Shown here piece by piece: positions 40,313 to 50,626 of a stretch of DNA of 64,000 nucleotides. Origin of the DNA: an uncultured Candidatus Saccharibacteria bacterium. GTDB lineage: Bacteria > Patescibacteriota > Minisyncoccia > Phycocordibacterales > UBA1006. Position 1 is the stretch's first letter. Each line of letters starts with the position of its first letter. A program made the position numbers and the translations under genes. The notes beneath the pieces are model-generated. The model saw only the letters and a program-made list of their open reading frames with translations, ran no database searches and was not told the origin of the DNA. The stretch is from positions 368 through 64,367 of the forward strand of contig CAZDPR010000002.1 in the NCBI GenBank assembly GCA_964507625.1. Direction: 5' to 3'.

Positions 40313-42712
40313 ATGCCTAAGAAAATAATTAAAACAGAAAAGCATAAAGATATTTCTCTCGGGCAATATCAGCATACAAAAAATAAACGAGCGAATAATC
40401 CTCAAGTAGGTCTCGTTAGTAGTGCTTTAGATTCAAAACCAAAGAAAAAAACCTACCAACATGATCCTTATATCGATCCTACTCTATCTTGGGCTGGAAA
40501 AACTGAAGGAACTTCATTTGATGTAGATACTGTATCACTTCATATTCACGAGCGAATTGACCCAAAGAGAATAATTAAACAGGTTCTAAAGAAAACACCG
40601 GAAACAACCCAGATTCAGCCATCTCTTTTTGAACAACCTAGTGAAAACTTTAATACAGAAAAAGAATTTGATTTTTACAGCCATACAAAAAACTGGTCCA
40701 ATCGTCTTATTGCAGGAGACAGTCTTTTGGTGATGAACTCTCTTCTAGAGAAAGAAAATATGGCTGGAAAAGTACAGATGATTTACATAGATCCTCCATA
40801 TGGAATTAAATATAATTCTAACTTTCAACCTTTTACAAATAAAAGAGACGTAAAAGATAAAGATGATGATAGTATTCCAGCAGAACCAGAAATGATAAAA
40901 GCATTTCGTGATACTTGGGAACTAGGCATACATAGCTATTTAACACACCTTAGGGATAGATTATTACTAGCAAAAGATTTGCTCCACGAGACAGGTAGTG
41001 TTTTTGTTCAAATTTCTGATGAAAATGTACATCTTGTAAGAAATATCTTAGACGAAGTATTCGGACAGGAAAATTTTGTTTGTCAGATTGGTTTCAGGAC
41101 AACAATGACCAAACCAACAAAAACATTAAACAATGTTTTTGACTATATATTGTGGTTTTCTCGCAATAAAAATTATAAATTTCATGAATTATTTGTACCA
41201 AGATCAAAAGATGATGTTGATGGTTACAAGGTGCAAGATCTTGTGGCTTCTTCACCACAAACGATGTACGAATACGAATTTAAAGGAAAAAAATATAATC
41301 CTAAAAATGGTTGGCGTCTACCGAAAGATAGTTTAGATAAACTTGTAGAAGCTGGGAAAGTTGTTGTGAGTGGTAATAATCTAGGATATTTGAGGCCCTA
41401 CTCTGATTTTCCATTTGTTCAGTTAGATAATATCTGGAATAAACAGTTGTCTGAAAACAAAAAAATATATGTTGTGCAAACAAACACCGAGGTTGTTCAA
41501 AAGTGTATGCTAATGACAACTGATCCTGGAGATTTGGTATTTGATCCAACGTGTGGATCAGGAACAACTGCTTTTGTTGCTGAACAATGGGGTCGTCGTT
41601 GGATTACTTGTGACACTTCTCGTGTAGCTATTCAACTTGCCAAACAAAGAATAATGACCGGAAATTTTGAATACTTTGATTTAGCTCAAGAACAAGAGGG
41701 AGTTTCTTCTGGATTTAAATATCGAACTGTTCCGCATATAACATTAGGTAGTATTACAAAAGGTGAAAATAATGAAGAAACTCTATACGATCAACCAGTT
41801 GTTATAAAAGATAAAATACGAGTTGCTGGGCCATTTACCGTAGAAGCAGTTCCAGGAATAAGAACAAAACCAATTGAAGGAAATCTTCCAGATGTTTCTG
41901 ATAAAACAAATCCAACAAATCCAATTTCTGAAAAATTAAATGATTATCTGGATAGTATTCGTACATCCGGTATTCGCTCATACAACAACGAAGGAATTAC
42001 ATTCAATAGTGTAGAAGTTGCTGAGGGTTTTGCTGAAATTCATGCATTTGGAAATATAGATAGCAATGGCGATTATAAAAAATGTGCGATTGTTTTTGGT
42101 CCTGATTATGCACCACTTGAACAAACTCAAGTTGAACGAACAATGGATGAAATCAGATCAATGTCTGAAAAACCAAACATGGTGGTATTTTGTTCTTACG
42201 CTTTTGATCCTGAAGCATCAAAAGATATAGATAATATAAAAATTCCTGGCCTACAAATTCTTAAAGCCCAGATGAATACTGACTTACTCACAAAGGATCT
42301 TAAAAAGAAGGTAAATACCAATAGACCATTCTGGCTTATTGGTGAACCTGACATTGCTATCACAACAACAAAAGATGGAAAGTATCAGATTGAAGTAAAA
42401 GGTTTTGATTATTACGATCCAAGAACTCAAGAACTTAAGGGTGGTGGCACAGATAAAATTGCAGTATGGATGCTCGATACTGATTATGATAATAGATCAC
42501 TATTTCCTTCTCAGATATTCTTTCCAATGCAAGATGATAAACGAGATTGGACCAAACTCGCCAAAGCATTGAATGGGAATGTCGATGAGGAATTACTTGA
42601 ACAATATACCGGCACAATATCTATACCGTTTACATTAGGAGAAAAAAGAACCATTGCGGTCAAAATAGTCGATGATCGAGGGGTTGAAATGCTAATTGTA
42701 AAGAAAATATAA
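40313..42712 (+). CDS. type III-like restriction-modification DNA methyltransferase (Mod)
   Basis: YIDPPYG precedes DPTCGSGTT (beta-class order); C-terminal IAVKIVDDRG. Confidence 0.9.
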   Translation: MPKKIIKTEKHKDISLGQYQHTKNKRANNPQVGLVSSALDSKPKKKTYQHDPYIDPTLSWAGKTEGTSFDVDTVSLHIHERIDPKRIIKQVLKKTPETTQIQPSLFEQPSENFNTEKEFDFYSHTKNWSNRLIAGDSLLVMNSLLEKENMAGKVQMIYIDPPYGIKYNSNFQPFTNKRDVKDKDDDSIPAEPEMIKAFRDTWELGIHSYLTHLRDRLLLAKDLLHETGSVFVQISDENVHLVRNILDEVFGQENFVCQIGFRTTMTKPTKTLNNVFDYILWFSRNKNYKFHELFVPRSKDDVDGYKVQDLVASSPQTMYEYEFKGKKYNPKNGWRLPKDSLDKLVEAGKVVVSGNNLGYLRPYSDFPFVQLDNIWNKQLSENKKIYVVQTNTEVVQKCMLMTTDPGDLVFDPTCGSGTTAFVAEQWGRRWITCDTSRVAIQLAKQRIMTGNFEYFDLAQEQEGVSSGFKYRTVPHITLGSITKGENNEETLYDQPVVIKDKIRVAGPFTVEAVPGIRTKPIEGNLPDVSDKTNPTNPISEKLNDYLDSIRTSGIRSYNNEGITFNSVEVAEGFAEIHAFGNIDSNGDYKKCAIVFGPDYAPLEQTQVERTMDEIRSMSEKPNMVVFCSYAFDPEASKDIDNIKIPGLQILKAQMNTDLLTKDLKKKVNTNRPFWLIGEPDIAITTTKDGKYQIEVKGFDYYDPRTQELKGGGTDKIAVWMLDTDYDNRSLFPSQIFFPMQDDKRDWTKLAKALNGNVDEELLEQYTGTISIPFTLGEKRTIAVKIVDDRGVEMLIVKKI

Positions 42713-42716
42713 AATT

Positions 42717-45443
42717 ATGGAACAAAAACATCAAAACACAGGGTTCGTCATAAACTCTCCATACTTCGAACCAAAGTATCATTTTGAATATGACGAAAAT
42801 GCTGAAAGTTACCACAAGCAGGATGGTCGTAGAAAAGCTGGATATTATGCAACAGTTGGTAAACAAGAAGCAGGAAAAGGTGCTACACAATTTTTAGAGC
42901 TTAAACTCGCGAATATGATTCGCCCTCGAGTTAAAGAATGGAAAGAAGCCGGCTATCCAAATGTAACTTCTACAACCAAAAAGCTTTTAGAGCATTGGAA
43001 TAGATTCGACAGAGAAGAATTTGAACAAGGTGGCCGTAGATATTTTTGGTGTCAGATTGAAGCAATTGAAACCATTATCTGGCTTACAGAAGCACCAGAT
43101 TCAGCAAGGGTAGGAATCAACATAAAAGATCACAGTGATAGTGACTGGGTCCGTGCATGTACAAAATTAGCAACTGGTACTGGGAAAACAGTTGTCATGG
43201 CAATGATAATTGCATGGCAGTCACTAAATAAAATAGCGAATCCAAAAGATACGAGGTTTTCAAAGAACATACTAGTTATGGCTCCGGGAATTACGGTTAG
43301 GCAACGATTGGATGTATTGGTTCCAAGTAATGAATCAAACTATTACGATGTTTTTGATATAGTTCCACCGTCTCTAAAAGAGTATTTATACCAATCAAAG
43401 GTTGTTGTTCTAAACTGGCACGCACTTGCTCCAAAGAAAAAAGAATCATTGCCAAAAGTTATGAGAGATATGATGGGCGAAGAAAGTGACTCTGCTTTTG
43501 CAAAAAGAGTTTTATCTGAATTTCCTGGCGATACACCAATTGTGGTCATAAATGATGAAGCTCATCACTGCCATAGGCATACAGCCGAAATAGGAAAATC
43601 AAAAGAAGAAAAAGATCTAGAAAAGAAAGAAAATGAAGAAGCGACAATCTGGGTTCAAGGATTAGATAAAATACATAAGGCAAGAGGTATTATTACCACT
43701 TATGATCTTTCTGCTACTCCATTCGTTCCAAAAGGACGTACATCAAATACCGGTTTTGAATTATTTAATTGGATAATATCTGATTTTGGACTACATGATG
43801 CAATCGAATCTGGTCTCGTTAAAACACCAACTGTGGCTGTTAGAGATAGTTCTTATGGTTCAGAAAAGATGCAAAATGACCGATCTAAACTCTTCCATAT
43901 TTACTATGAGGAAGGTATTAAGGAAAATCTAAATCAAAAATGTGAGCCGAATGTTGATCTTCCTGACTTAGTAAGAAGTGCCTTTAAGATTCTGTCCACT
44001 GACTGGTTGGCAACCAAGAATGATTGGCAAAAAGGAGTTCCTCCTTCAATGATTGTAATTTGTAATAATACTTTTACTTCGCAAAGAATTGAATACTCTA
44101 TCCTAAATAGTCACTTAGGTGTTTCAGAAATTTCAGAAAAAGAAGGCGTACTTCGTATTGATAGTACGGCCGAAGATATAGAAGATGAGGTGCTAAGAGA
44201 GAAATTTAATACTGTTGGTAAAAAAGGTAAGCCGGGTGAAAATATCCAATGTGTAATCGGTGTAAACATGCTCTCTGAAGGATGGGATGCAAATAATGTT
44301 AAGCAGATACTTGGATTACGTGCGTTTACTTCACAGCTTCTTTGTGAGCAGGTTGTTGGTCGTGGGTTGCGAAGAATGAGTTATGATGTCGATGAAAATA
44401 CTGGGTTATTAAAACCAGAATATGTAACCGTGTTTGGTATTCCGTTCAGCTTCCTTCCAATTGAAGGTAAAGATCAAGATAAGCCAGAGAATGAAAAACC
44501 AAAAACATTTATTCAAGTACTACCACAAAAGAAGCAATATCAAATTCTTTTTCCTAACATACTAAGAATACAAAAAGAAACCGAATACTTTGTTGATATT
44601 GATTGGTCAAAAACAGAGAAATTGACGTTATCTCCAACCGAAAATCCTGTATGGGTCCAAGTTGCTCCAACAATTGACCGTCCTGATCTTTCACAATCGC
44701 AAAAAATGGATTCAATCCAAGAATATCTTGGCAAGGATTACAGATTAAAACAAAGCATTTTTGCGATTACAACAAGTATTAAAACTGGCCTTGATAGTAC
44801 CTGGAATAACATTGATGATGGAAATAAGTTCCAGCAGATATTTAACATTGTGTCTGAATTTATAGAAAAGAATGTAATTATTGATGCTGATAAAACTAAT
44901 CACGATATCTATAAAAACATATTGATTGGATTAAATACCACAAAAATTACTTCTATGGTTCGAGAAGCCATCAATCTAAGTCAAAACACAAAATCATATC
45001 CGATTCCAGATCCAATCAATAAGTTTAAAACCACAGCAGTTATGACTCCGTGGTATACAACCAAAGACACCTACTCATCACCAGAGATGAAATGTCATAT
45101 AAGCCATTTGGTTAGTGACAGTAAATGGGAAAATATAGGAAAAATTCTTGATAACGAAATTGATGATGTTGTAGCGTGGGTTAAAAATGACCACTTAGCA
45201 TTTACCATCCCATATGTTCATAAGGGTTTAATGAGATCATATTTCCCAGACTTTATTGTTAAGTATTCTGGCAATAGATACCTTCTTCTTGAGATAAAAG
45301 GAAAAGAAAGAGAGCAAGATCAAACGAAATGGGAATCAGCGAAAATGTGGTGCGAAGCATTAAATTCAGATAAGGATTCTTGGGGCGAATGGCAATTTAG
45401 AGTGATTAAAAACAAACCGACAATTTCGGATTTAATCTGGTAA
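42717..45443 (+). CDS. type III-like restriction helicase/endonuclease (Res)
   Basis: ATGTGKT, DEAHH, QVVGRGLR, C-terminal PDF...LEIKG (PD-(D/E)xK). Confidence 0.9.
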   Translation: MEQKHQNTGFVINSPYFEPKYHFEYDENAESYHKQDGRRKAGYYATVGKQEAGKGATQFLELKLANMIRPRVKEWKEAGYPNVTSTTKKLLEHWNRFDREEFEQGGRRYFWCQIEAIETIIWLTEAPDSARVGINIKDHSDSDWVRACTKLATGTGKTVVMAMIIAWQSLNKIANPKDTRFSKNILVMAPGITVRQRLDVLVPSNESNYYDVFDIVPPSLKEYLYQSKVVVLNWHALAPKKKESLPKVMRDMMGEESDSAFAKRVLSEFPGDTPIVVINDEAHHCHRHTAEIGKSKEEKDLEKKENEEATIWVQGLDKIHKARGIITTYDLSATPFVPKGRTSNTGFELFNWIISDFGLHDAIESGLVKTPTVAVRDSSYGSEKMQNDRSKLFHIYYEEGIKENLNQKCEPNVDLPDLVRSAFKILSTDWLATKNDWQKGVPPSMIVICNNTFTSQRIEYSILNSHLGVSEISEKEGVLRIDSTAEDIEDEVLREKFNTVGKKGKPGENIQCVIGVNMLSEGWDANNVKQILGLRAFTSQLLCEQVVGRGLRRMSYDVDENTGLLKPEYVTVFGIPFSFLPIEGKDQDKPENEKPKTFIQVLPQKKQYQILFPNILRIQKETEYFVDIDWSKTEKLTLSPTENPVWVQVAPTIDRPDLSQSQKMDSIQEYLGKDYRLKQSIFAITTSIKTGLDSTWNNIDDGNKFQQIFNIVSEFIEKNVIIDADKTNHDIYKNILIGLNTTKITSMVREAINLSQNTKSYPIPDPINKFKTTAVMTPWYTTKDTYSSPEMKCHISHLVSDSKWENIGKILDNEIDDVVAWVKNDHLAFTIPYVHKGLMRSYFPDFIVKYSGNRYLLLEIKGKEREQDQTKWESAKMWCEALNSDKDSWGEWQFRVIKNKPTISDLIW

Positions 45444-46760
45444 ATTTAATTTTATATTTTTATTACTTAAGTAAATTTTACTCTTAAAACAGGTCAATAA
45501 TTCTCGTTTTTCCTCGATCAATCCGTTTTTCAAAATAAATTTGGCGTAGTCTCTGATGTCTACGTCTTTTATTTGTATTTGCTGTTTTGTATTTAATACA
45601 GATTGATTAAAGCGTTTGATTCGCTCAACTTCATATTTTATTTTCTCTCTCATTCCAATCTCATTAATATTTACCTGATCAACTAACTTTTCAAATTGCT
45701 GTATTAGTTCGACTTCGTTTATATACCCACACTTACAGTTTTTATCTTTTGATCTCGTACACCCATAGTAGATATGTCTATTTACTGATCCGTCTTTGAG
45801 TTTTTTAAATTTTTCATCTGCACATACACCAGAACCACAAAGTCCGCAAGTCATCATTTTTGTGAAAGCAAATTCCTTTGGTTCTTGGGTCCGTAGTACT
45901 TGGCTTTTAACCTGCCCTTGGACCAATTCAAAAAGTTCTTTATTGATTATCGGTTCGTGTTTTCCTGTATAAAAATTTCCACTCTTTCGAGGATATTCAA
46001 AAACCCCATAATAGAATGGGTTTTGAAGTATGAGATAAATGTTGCTAAGGGTAAGACCCTTGTTACCACTACGAGTTTTGAAGTTTAAATCAAATTTAAG
46101 CCAGTGGTACAGTTTTCTTCCTGACCACTTTTTGTATGCTACTTTTTCAAACATTTGTTTAACTATTGGTGCTCGTTCTGGATCTATAACAACCTCACAT
46201 TTTTTATCCATCCGTTTCTCATTAAGATAACCAATTACAGCAGGACCTGGACGAAGACCCATTTCACACCTAGTTCGTAGACCTCGTTTTACATTAATAC
46301 TTTTATTATCATTTTCTAGCTTTGCCTGAGAACAAAGAATCATTAATAGAAATTTCTCGTTCGGTGAATTCTTAAAGTGTTGTCCATAAGTTCTGATTTC
46401 AACTATCTTCTTTTCATCCATAAGATCTACCACGGACCCAAGATCTCCTGCATTACGTGAGAGACGATCTGGTGCCCATGTAAGTATGCCAGTATATCTT
46501 CCTCGTCGTATATCGTCTAGAACTTCTTTAAAAACTGGTCTTTGCCCAGACTCCTTTGCACTATGAGACTCTCGTCTAATATCTATAACCTCGAGTCCTT
46601 CACGATCCGCAATGACCAGCATTTCCTTTACTTGGGATTCAATAGATAGTGCCTGTTTCTCGTCAGATTCGGTTGATTTTCGAGCGTACAAAACATATCT
46701 AACCTTGGTTTGAGGTATCTCGGTTCGTACCCCCAGATTGGTTGTATATTGCGTTTCCAT
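45432..46760 (-). CDS. large serine recombinase
   Basis: YARKST catalytic Ser, DRLSRN, recombinase domain, CGLCG...YYGC zinc ribbon. Confidence 0.93.
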   Translation of the reverse strand: METQYTTNLGVRTEIPQTKVRYVLYARKSTESDEKQALSIESQVKEMLVIADREGLEVIDIRRESHSAKESGQRPVFKEVLDDIRRGRYTGILTWAPDRLSRNAGDLGSVVDLMDEKKIVEIRTYGQHFKNSPNEKFLLMILCSQAKLENDNKSINVKRGLRTRCEMGLRPGPAVIGYLNEKRMDKKCEVVIDPERAPIVKQMFEKVAYKKWSGRKLYHWLKFDLNFKTRSGNKGLTLSNIYLILQNPFYYGVFEYPRKSGNFYTGKHEPIINKELFELVQGQVKSQVLRTQEPKEFAFTKMMTCGLCGSGVCADEKFKKLKDGSVNRHIYYGCTRSKDKNCKCGYINEVELIQQFEKLVDQVNINEIGMREKIKYEVERIKRFNQSVLNTKQQIQIKDVDIRDYAKFILKNGLIEEKRELLTCFKSKIYLSNKNIKLNLPD

Positions 46761-46850
46761 ACTATATTAATGACAGACCAGTTGGTAGTGCATAGTCTAT
46801 GCAGAAGTAGAAATACGTAGCATACTCGCGGTTAGTTTTTAACTGCTTTT

Positions 46851-47939
46851 TTACTTTCTTTTCAATGAAATTACATTTACTTCTTGTTCATTATTAGAGT
46901 CAAGAGCGCTTACTTTTCCTAATCCATTTTTTTGAGATTCTCTATTAAGTTGTATTCTAAAATCTGTACCGTTTGTAATAATATTTTTTATTTCATTTTC
47001 TGTATAATCCCATACAAAATTTCTTCCGAAGTGACCCCATGTGGCAGTATCTTTAAACTCTATTTGTTCTAGTTTTAATATCTTTCTAATCCCACTTGGA
47101 CTTAAATCATAATCTGTGATTTGGATTTCTTTTCCGTCAACTATTGCAATTGCCATTACTGGTTCTTTTTTACCTATTGAATATGCAAGTTTAGTAAACA
47201 CTTCACGAGCATTGTATTTTTGTAACAAGTCTATTGCAATCTTACGTGCCATATATGCACCTGAACGATCTACCTTTGTATAGTCCTTACCAGAAAATGA
47301 ACCTCCACCGATTGGTATATTTGGACCATAATTATCAATTACAAGTTTTCTTCCTGAAAGACCTGTATCTGCATCGAAACCTCCCTGAGACCATTCTCCA
47401 GCTGTATTAATTAAATACTCATCTGAATTTATACATTCTTTTACTAATCTGAGTAGTTCTTCATTTTTTGTATTTTGAAAACTAACCACTACACTTGTTA
47501 CATAACCATCATCTATGGTTACTTGTGTCTTTCCATCAAATGGATACTGTTCATATACTTTCTGGCATAAATTTCTAGCAAGTACATATTCTAATGGTAA
47601 TAATTCTTCTGTTTCTGATGTTGCATATCCGTTCATTATCCCTTGATCTCCTGCACCTCCTGTATCCACTCCGTTTGCGATTTCCTGACTTTGTAATGAT
47701 AAATTTACTAATACTTTAAATTCATTACCTACAATATCTTTCACAATTTTCTCAATATCTATCTTTGCTGTAGATGTTACTTCTCCGTTGATAGTTACTA
47801 ATCCGTGTCCTCCCATTACCTCAACCGCTACACGACTATCCTTATCTTGTTCTAAATACGCATCTAAAATACTATCTGCTATGTAATCACAAATTTTATC
47901 TGGATGTTTTGGGCTCACAAATTCTGCTGTTTTAATCAT
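46851..47939 (-). CDS. metK: S-adenosylmethionine synthetase, compact form with C-terminal extension
   Basis: HPDKICD, GAGDQG, DGKTQVT, GRKLVIDNYG, GGGSFSGKDYTKVDRSGAY, GHFGR; start ATG 47939. Confidence 0.93.
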   Translation of the reverse strand: MIKTAEFVSPKHPDKICDYIADSILDAYLEQDKDSRVAVEVMGGHGLVTINGEVTSTAKIDIEKIVKDIVGNEFKVLVNLSLQSQEIANGVDTGGAGDQGIMNGYATSETEELLPLEYVLARNLCQKVYEQYPFDGKTQVTIDDGYVTSVVVSFQNTKNEELLRLVKECINSDEYLINTAGEWSQGGFDADTGLSGRKLVIDNYGPNIPIGGGSFSGKDYTKVDRSGAYMARKIAIDLLQKYNAREVFTKLAYSIGKKEPVMAIAIVDGKEIQITDYDLSPSGIRKILKLEQIEFKDTATWGHFGRNFVWDYTENEIKNIITNGTDFRIQLNRESQKNGLGKVSALDSNNEQEVNVISLKRK

Positions 47940-47940
47940 A

Positions 47941-47980
47941 AAAAAATAAAAAAATCTTCTGTTAAGAAGAAAGATTTTTT
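47941..47980 (-). terminator. intrinsic terminator forming the SAM-I expression platform
   Basis: Minus strand AAAAAATCTTTCT-TCTTAAC-AGAAGATTTTTTTATTTTTT; its ATCTTTC can instead pair with GAAAGAT of aptamer P1. Confidence 0.75.
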
Positions 47981-48000
47981 CACGTTGACGAGACGTAAAG

Positions 48001-48108
48001 ATATCTTTCCTGACATTTTCATGTCTGGCTGGAATTAGCACCTACTTACTTTACTAAGGGTTGCTGATGGGTCATTGAGCCAGTTGCTCTCGCCATACTC
48101 TAGATAAC
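48001..48108 (-). ncRNA. SAM-I (S-box) riboswitch aptamer
   Basis: Minus strand TTATC-TAGAG...GAGAG..TGGCTCAATGA..CAGCAACC...AGGTGCTAATTCC...AAAGATA fits SAM-I consensus; upstream of metK; -10 TATAAT at 48127-48132. Confidence 0.9.
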
Positions 48109-48183
48109 TTATTCAGTTGTAAAAGGATTATATCAGGAAATTAAAATAATACAAAAGTTTCTTGAAATGATATACTTTTACAT

Positions 48184-48327
48184 ATGCACATCATTGCGAT
48201 TATAGTCCTATTAATCATTGCTATCATCCTGAAAAAATATGTTGGTGACGATGATGATAATGAACCAAGTAATACAAATACGTTATTACTGTTTTCTGCG
48301 TTGAATAAAAAGGATAGAAATGACTAA
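48184..48327 (+). CDS. 47-aa single-TM small protein
   Basis: MHIIAIIVLLIIAIILKKYVGDDDDNEP...; TG-a-TATACT just upstream. Confidence 0.5.
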   Translation: MHIIAIIVLLIIAIILKKYVGDDDDNEPSNTNTLLLFSALNKKDRND

Positions 48328-48328
48328 G

Positions 48329-49603
48329 TTAAACCGTCTCTCCTAAGTACGGAATATATAACTCTTTTCCACTTTTCTTTATCCGATCAAAGAAACTTGC
48401 CTGATTTGCACCTTCTCGTGCAGACCGTTGTCGTAATATTCCTTTCATACTGGATGCCATGTGAACAATATGTCTACCATGTTTTTTATTGAGCCCATCT
48501 ACAGTTTTAAATATGTCTGCGATGTCATTGTTTGTTTGATGATAACTAAACAGATCTTCTTGGACATATACTTCATCGATTAAATCTGTCAGTGTCACTC
48601 CGGTTGTTTTATATATCTTACCCTGGGTAGATATACGATCAAACTGTTCTCGGATTCTACCTAATATTACGTTAGGTAGGTTTGAAGGTTCATCCAGTTT
48701 AATCTGATATGTCTCAAATTTAATCTCTTTGGTCTTGATAAACCATGTTACTGTCTTTGCTCGTAGATCGTGATTTCGTGCCTTTATACAGGCATTTTCA
48801 GCGTTTCGTGACAGCTCTGCGAACAGTTCTTCCTTATCTGTTTTGAACGGAAAGAAGCTCAGGGTTCGAGAAATAGATTTAGGATTCTCTCCTGGTTCCA
48901 AATCCAACAGATACTTTTGTTTGCAGTTTAATTCGTACCAGAGGTCAATCAAAGGTTTGTGAGCAAAAGAAAGTAATCGCTCTTCAGACAAATTCACAAA
49001 GTCGTCTGCGGTGATAATACCTTTTTTAATTAATAAATTCGTTGAACTTACACCAATACCCCAAACATTTCCGACAGGTAGTTTAGATAAAAATTCATGA
49101 AAGTTTTCCTTGGTAATCATTGCTATTCCGTGTGGTTTATTCCATTTGGATCCCACCTTTGCAAGTACTTTTGTAGGACCACATCCAATAGAAACTGAAA
49201 TGTTTAATTCTTTTTGTATGTCATCCTGTATGTTTCGAAGGATTTGTTCGTGACTCATATTGTTAATACGGTCATAGTCTGTGATATCTGCAAAACATTC
49301 ATCAATGCTATATTCTTCTACCAGATCCGTATATCTACGAACTACTGCAAACATTCTACGTGAGTACATAGCATATGCTTCATAGTCCGAGGATACGATT
49401 ATGGCCTGAGGAAAATCTTTCTTGATCTGATATACCGGCATACCACGGGTAATACCGATTGCTTTTGCTTCATAGGACATAGAGGTTGCAATACCTCGTT
49501 CATGACCAGTTACTACTGGCTTGCCGTATAGTGCTGGATTTTTTGCAGACTCAACAGAGGCGAAAAAAGAATCCGCATCTAGATGTAAAATGTATTTAGT
49601 CAT
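48329..49603 (-). CDS. Y-family DNA polymerase (DinB/UmuC-like)
   Basis: ILHLDADSFFASVE, SYEAK, YSIDECF, VWGIG. Confidence 0.92.
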   Translation of the reverse strand: MTKYILHLDADSFFASVESAKNPALYGKPVVTGHERGIATSMSYEAKAIGITRGMPVYQIKKDFPQAIIVSSDYEAYAMYSRRMFAVVRRYTDLVEEYSIDECFADITDYDRINNMSHEQILRNIQDDIQKELNISVSIGCGPTKVLAKVGSKWNKPHGIAMITKENFHEFLSKLPVGNVWGIGVSSTNLLIKKGIITADDFVNLSEERLLSFAHKPLIDLWYELNCKQKYLLDLEPGENPKSISRTLSFFPFKTDKEELFAELSRNAENACIKARNHDLRAKTVTWFIKTKEIKFETYQIKLDEPSNLPNVILGRIREQFDRISTQGKIYKTTGVTLTDLIDEVYVQEDLFSYHQTNNDIADIFKTVDGLNKKHGRHIVHMASSMKGILRQRSAREGANQASFFDRIKKSGKELYIPYLGETV

Positions 49604-49604
49604 A

Positions 49605-50165
49605 TTAGTATTTTCTAATTACTGCAGTAACGACTCCTTGGATACGGAGTTCTTCTTTTGGATAAATTGGTTTGAATGCTTTATTGGCAGGTTCCAGAAA
49701 TATTTTCCCGTCTTTCTTACGCAAATACTTCAAAGTATATTCACCATCTACTTCAGCAACAACAATTTTGTCTGGCTTTGCATTTTCTGTTCGATCGATA
49801 AGAATCATATCACCATCCAATATCCCTGCATCTTTCATGGAATCCCCTTTAACAGAAAGCATGTAGGTTGCTTCTTTGTGATCTATTAATAACTCATCGA
49901 GCGATAATGTGTTTGATGCGTCTTCGTCTGCAATAGTTGGAAAACCTGCTTCAACTAATCCAAGTACTTTCAACATAAAGAATTCTGGACCTCTTACGAT
50001 CTTTTTGTTTTCACGAACAAGAAACCCATCTTCAATTAATTTATTTACGTAATACAAAACACTACCCTTTGAGGAGTACCCTAAAAGAACCTCCATTTCC
50101 TTATAGGTAGGGAGACGCTTGTGATCTATATAGAAATTTCTGATCTTTAATTTCTTTGGATCCAT
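49605..50165 (-). CDS. lexA: LexA-type repressor (wHTH plus S24 peptidase)
   Basis: PTYKEM HTH, EAGFP cleavage site, GDSM Ser, TLKY Lys. Confidence 0.88.
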   Translation of the reverse strand: MDPKKLKIRNFYIDHKRLPTYKEMEVLLGYSSKGSVLYYVNKLIEDGFLVRENKKIVRGPEFFMLKVLGLVEAGFPTIADEDASNTLSLDELLIDHKEATYMLSVKGDSMKDAGILDGDMILIDRTENAKPDKIVVAEVDGEYTLKYLRKKDGKIFLEPANKAFKPIYPKEELRIQGVVTAVIRKY

Positions 50166-50173
50166 ATGGGTCT

Positions 50174-50202
50174 AGTATATTCGTACTAACGTACGAAGTC
50201 AA
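50174..50202 (-). promoter_or_regulatory. lexA-dinB promoter with operator TTCGTAC-N4-GTACGAA
   Basis: TTGACT-17 nt-TATACT on minus strand; perfect palindrome 50180-50197 fills the spacer. Confidence 0.8.
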
Positions 50203-50317
50203 TACTCTACCACTCTATACAGAATTAAAAATGTATAGTCTGCTCGTCATAAAAGTCTTAGCATAAGTAGTATTTCTGATATACTACTTACATTATTAAA
50301 TTATATAAATATCATAT

Positions 50318-50593
50318 ATGAAAATTATAGAATTCATCAAAAAAATCACTAAGATTATACTATACTTATCAGTATCATTTTTTCTTGTGTACTCGGCAGT
50401 TGCGTACAGACAAATTCTGTTAATTGAAAAAACCACTATGGGAAGCCTTAAAGCTGTTGAATGTAAGATAAAAGTAGCAGATTTTCAAAAAATTAATAAA
50501 CTAGCTGAAACAGATCCTCAAATAGAAGATCTTAAGGAATTGTGTGAGGGTGTATCTTCTCAAAGAGTTCGTTTGACATTCGAAAATTATTAA
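50318..50593 (+). CDS. small membrane-anchored hypothetical protein
   Basis: N-terminal TM helix; followed by a bidirectional terminator. Confidence 0.55.
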   Translation: MKIIEFIKKITKIILYLSVSFFLVYSAVAYRQILLIEKTTMGSLKAVECKIKVADFQKINKLAETDPQIEDLKELCEGVSSQRVRLTFENY

Positions 50594-50626
50594 TAAAATG
50601 ACTACCTAGGGTAGTCATTTTATTAA

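Noticed and set aside
47940-48041. N-terminal extension of MetK in the ORF track
   Set aside because: This is the riboswitch and terminator; MetK similarity begins at ATG 47939
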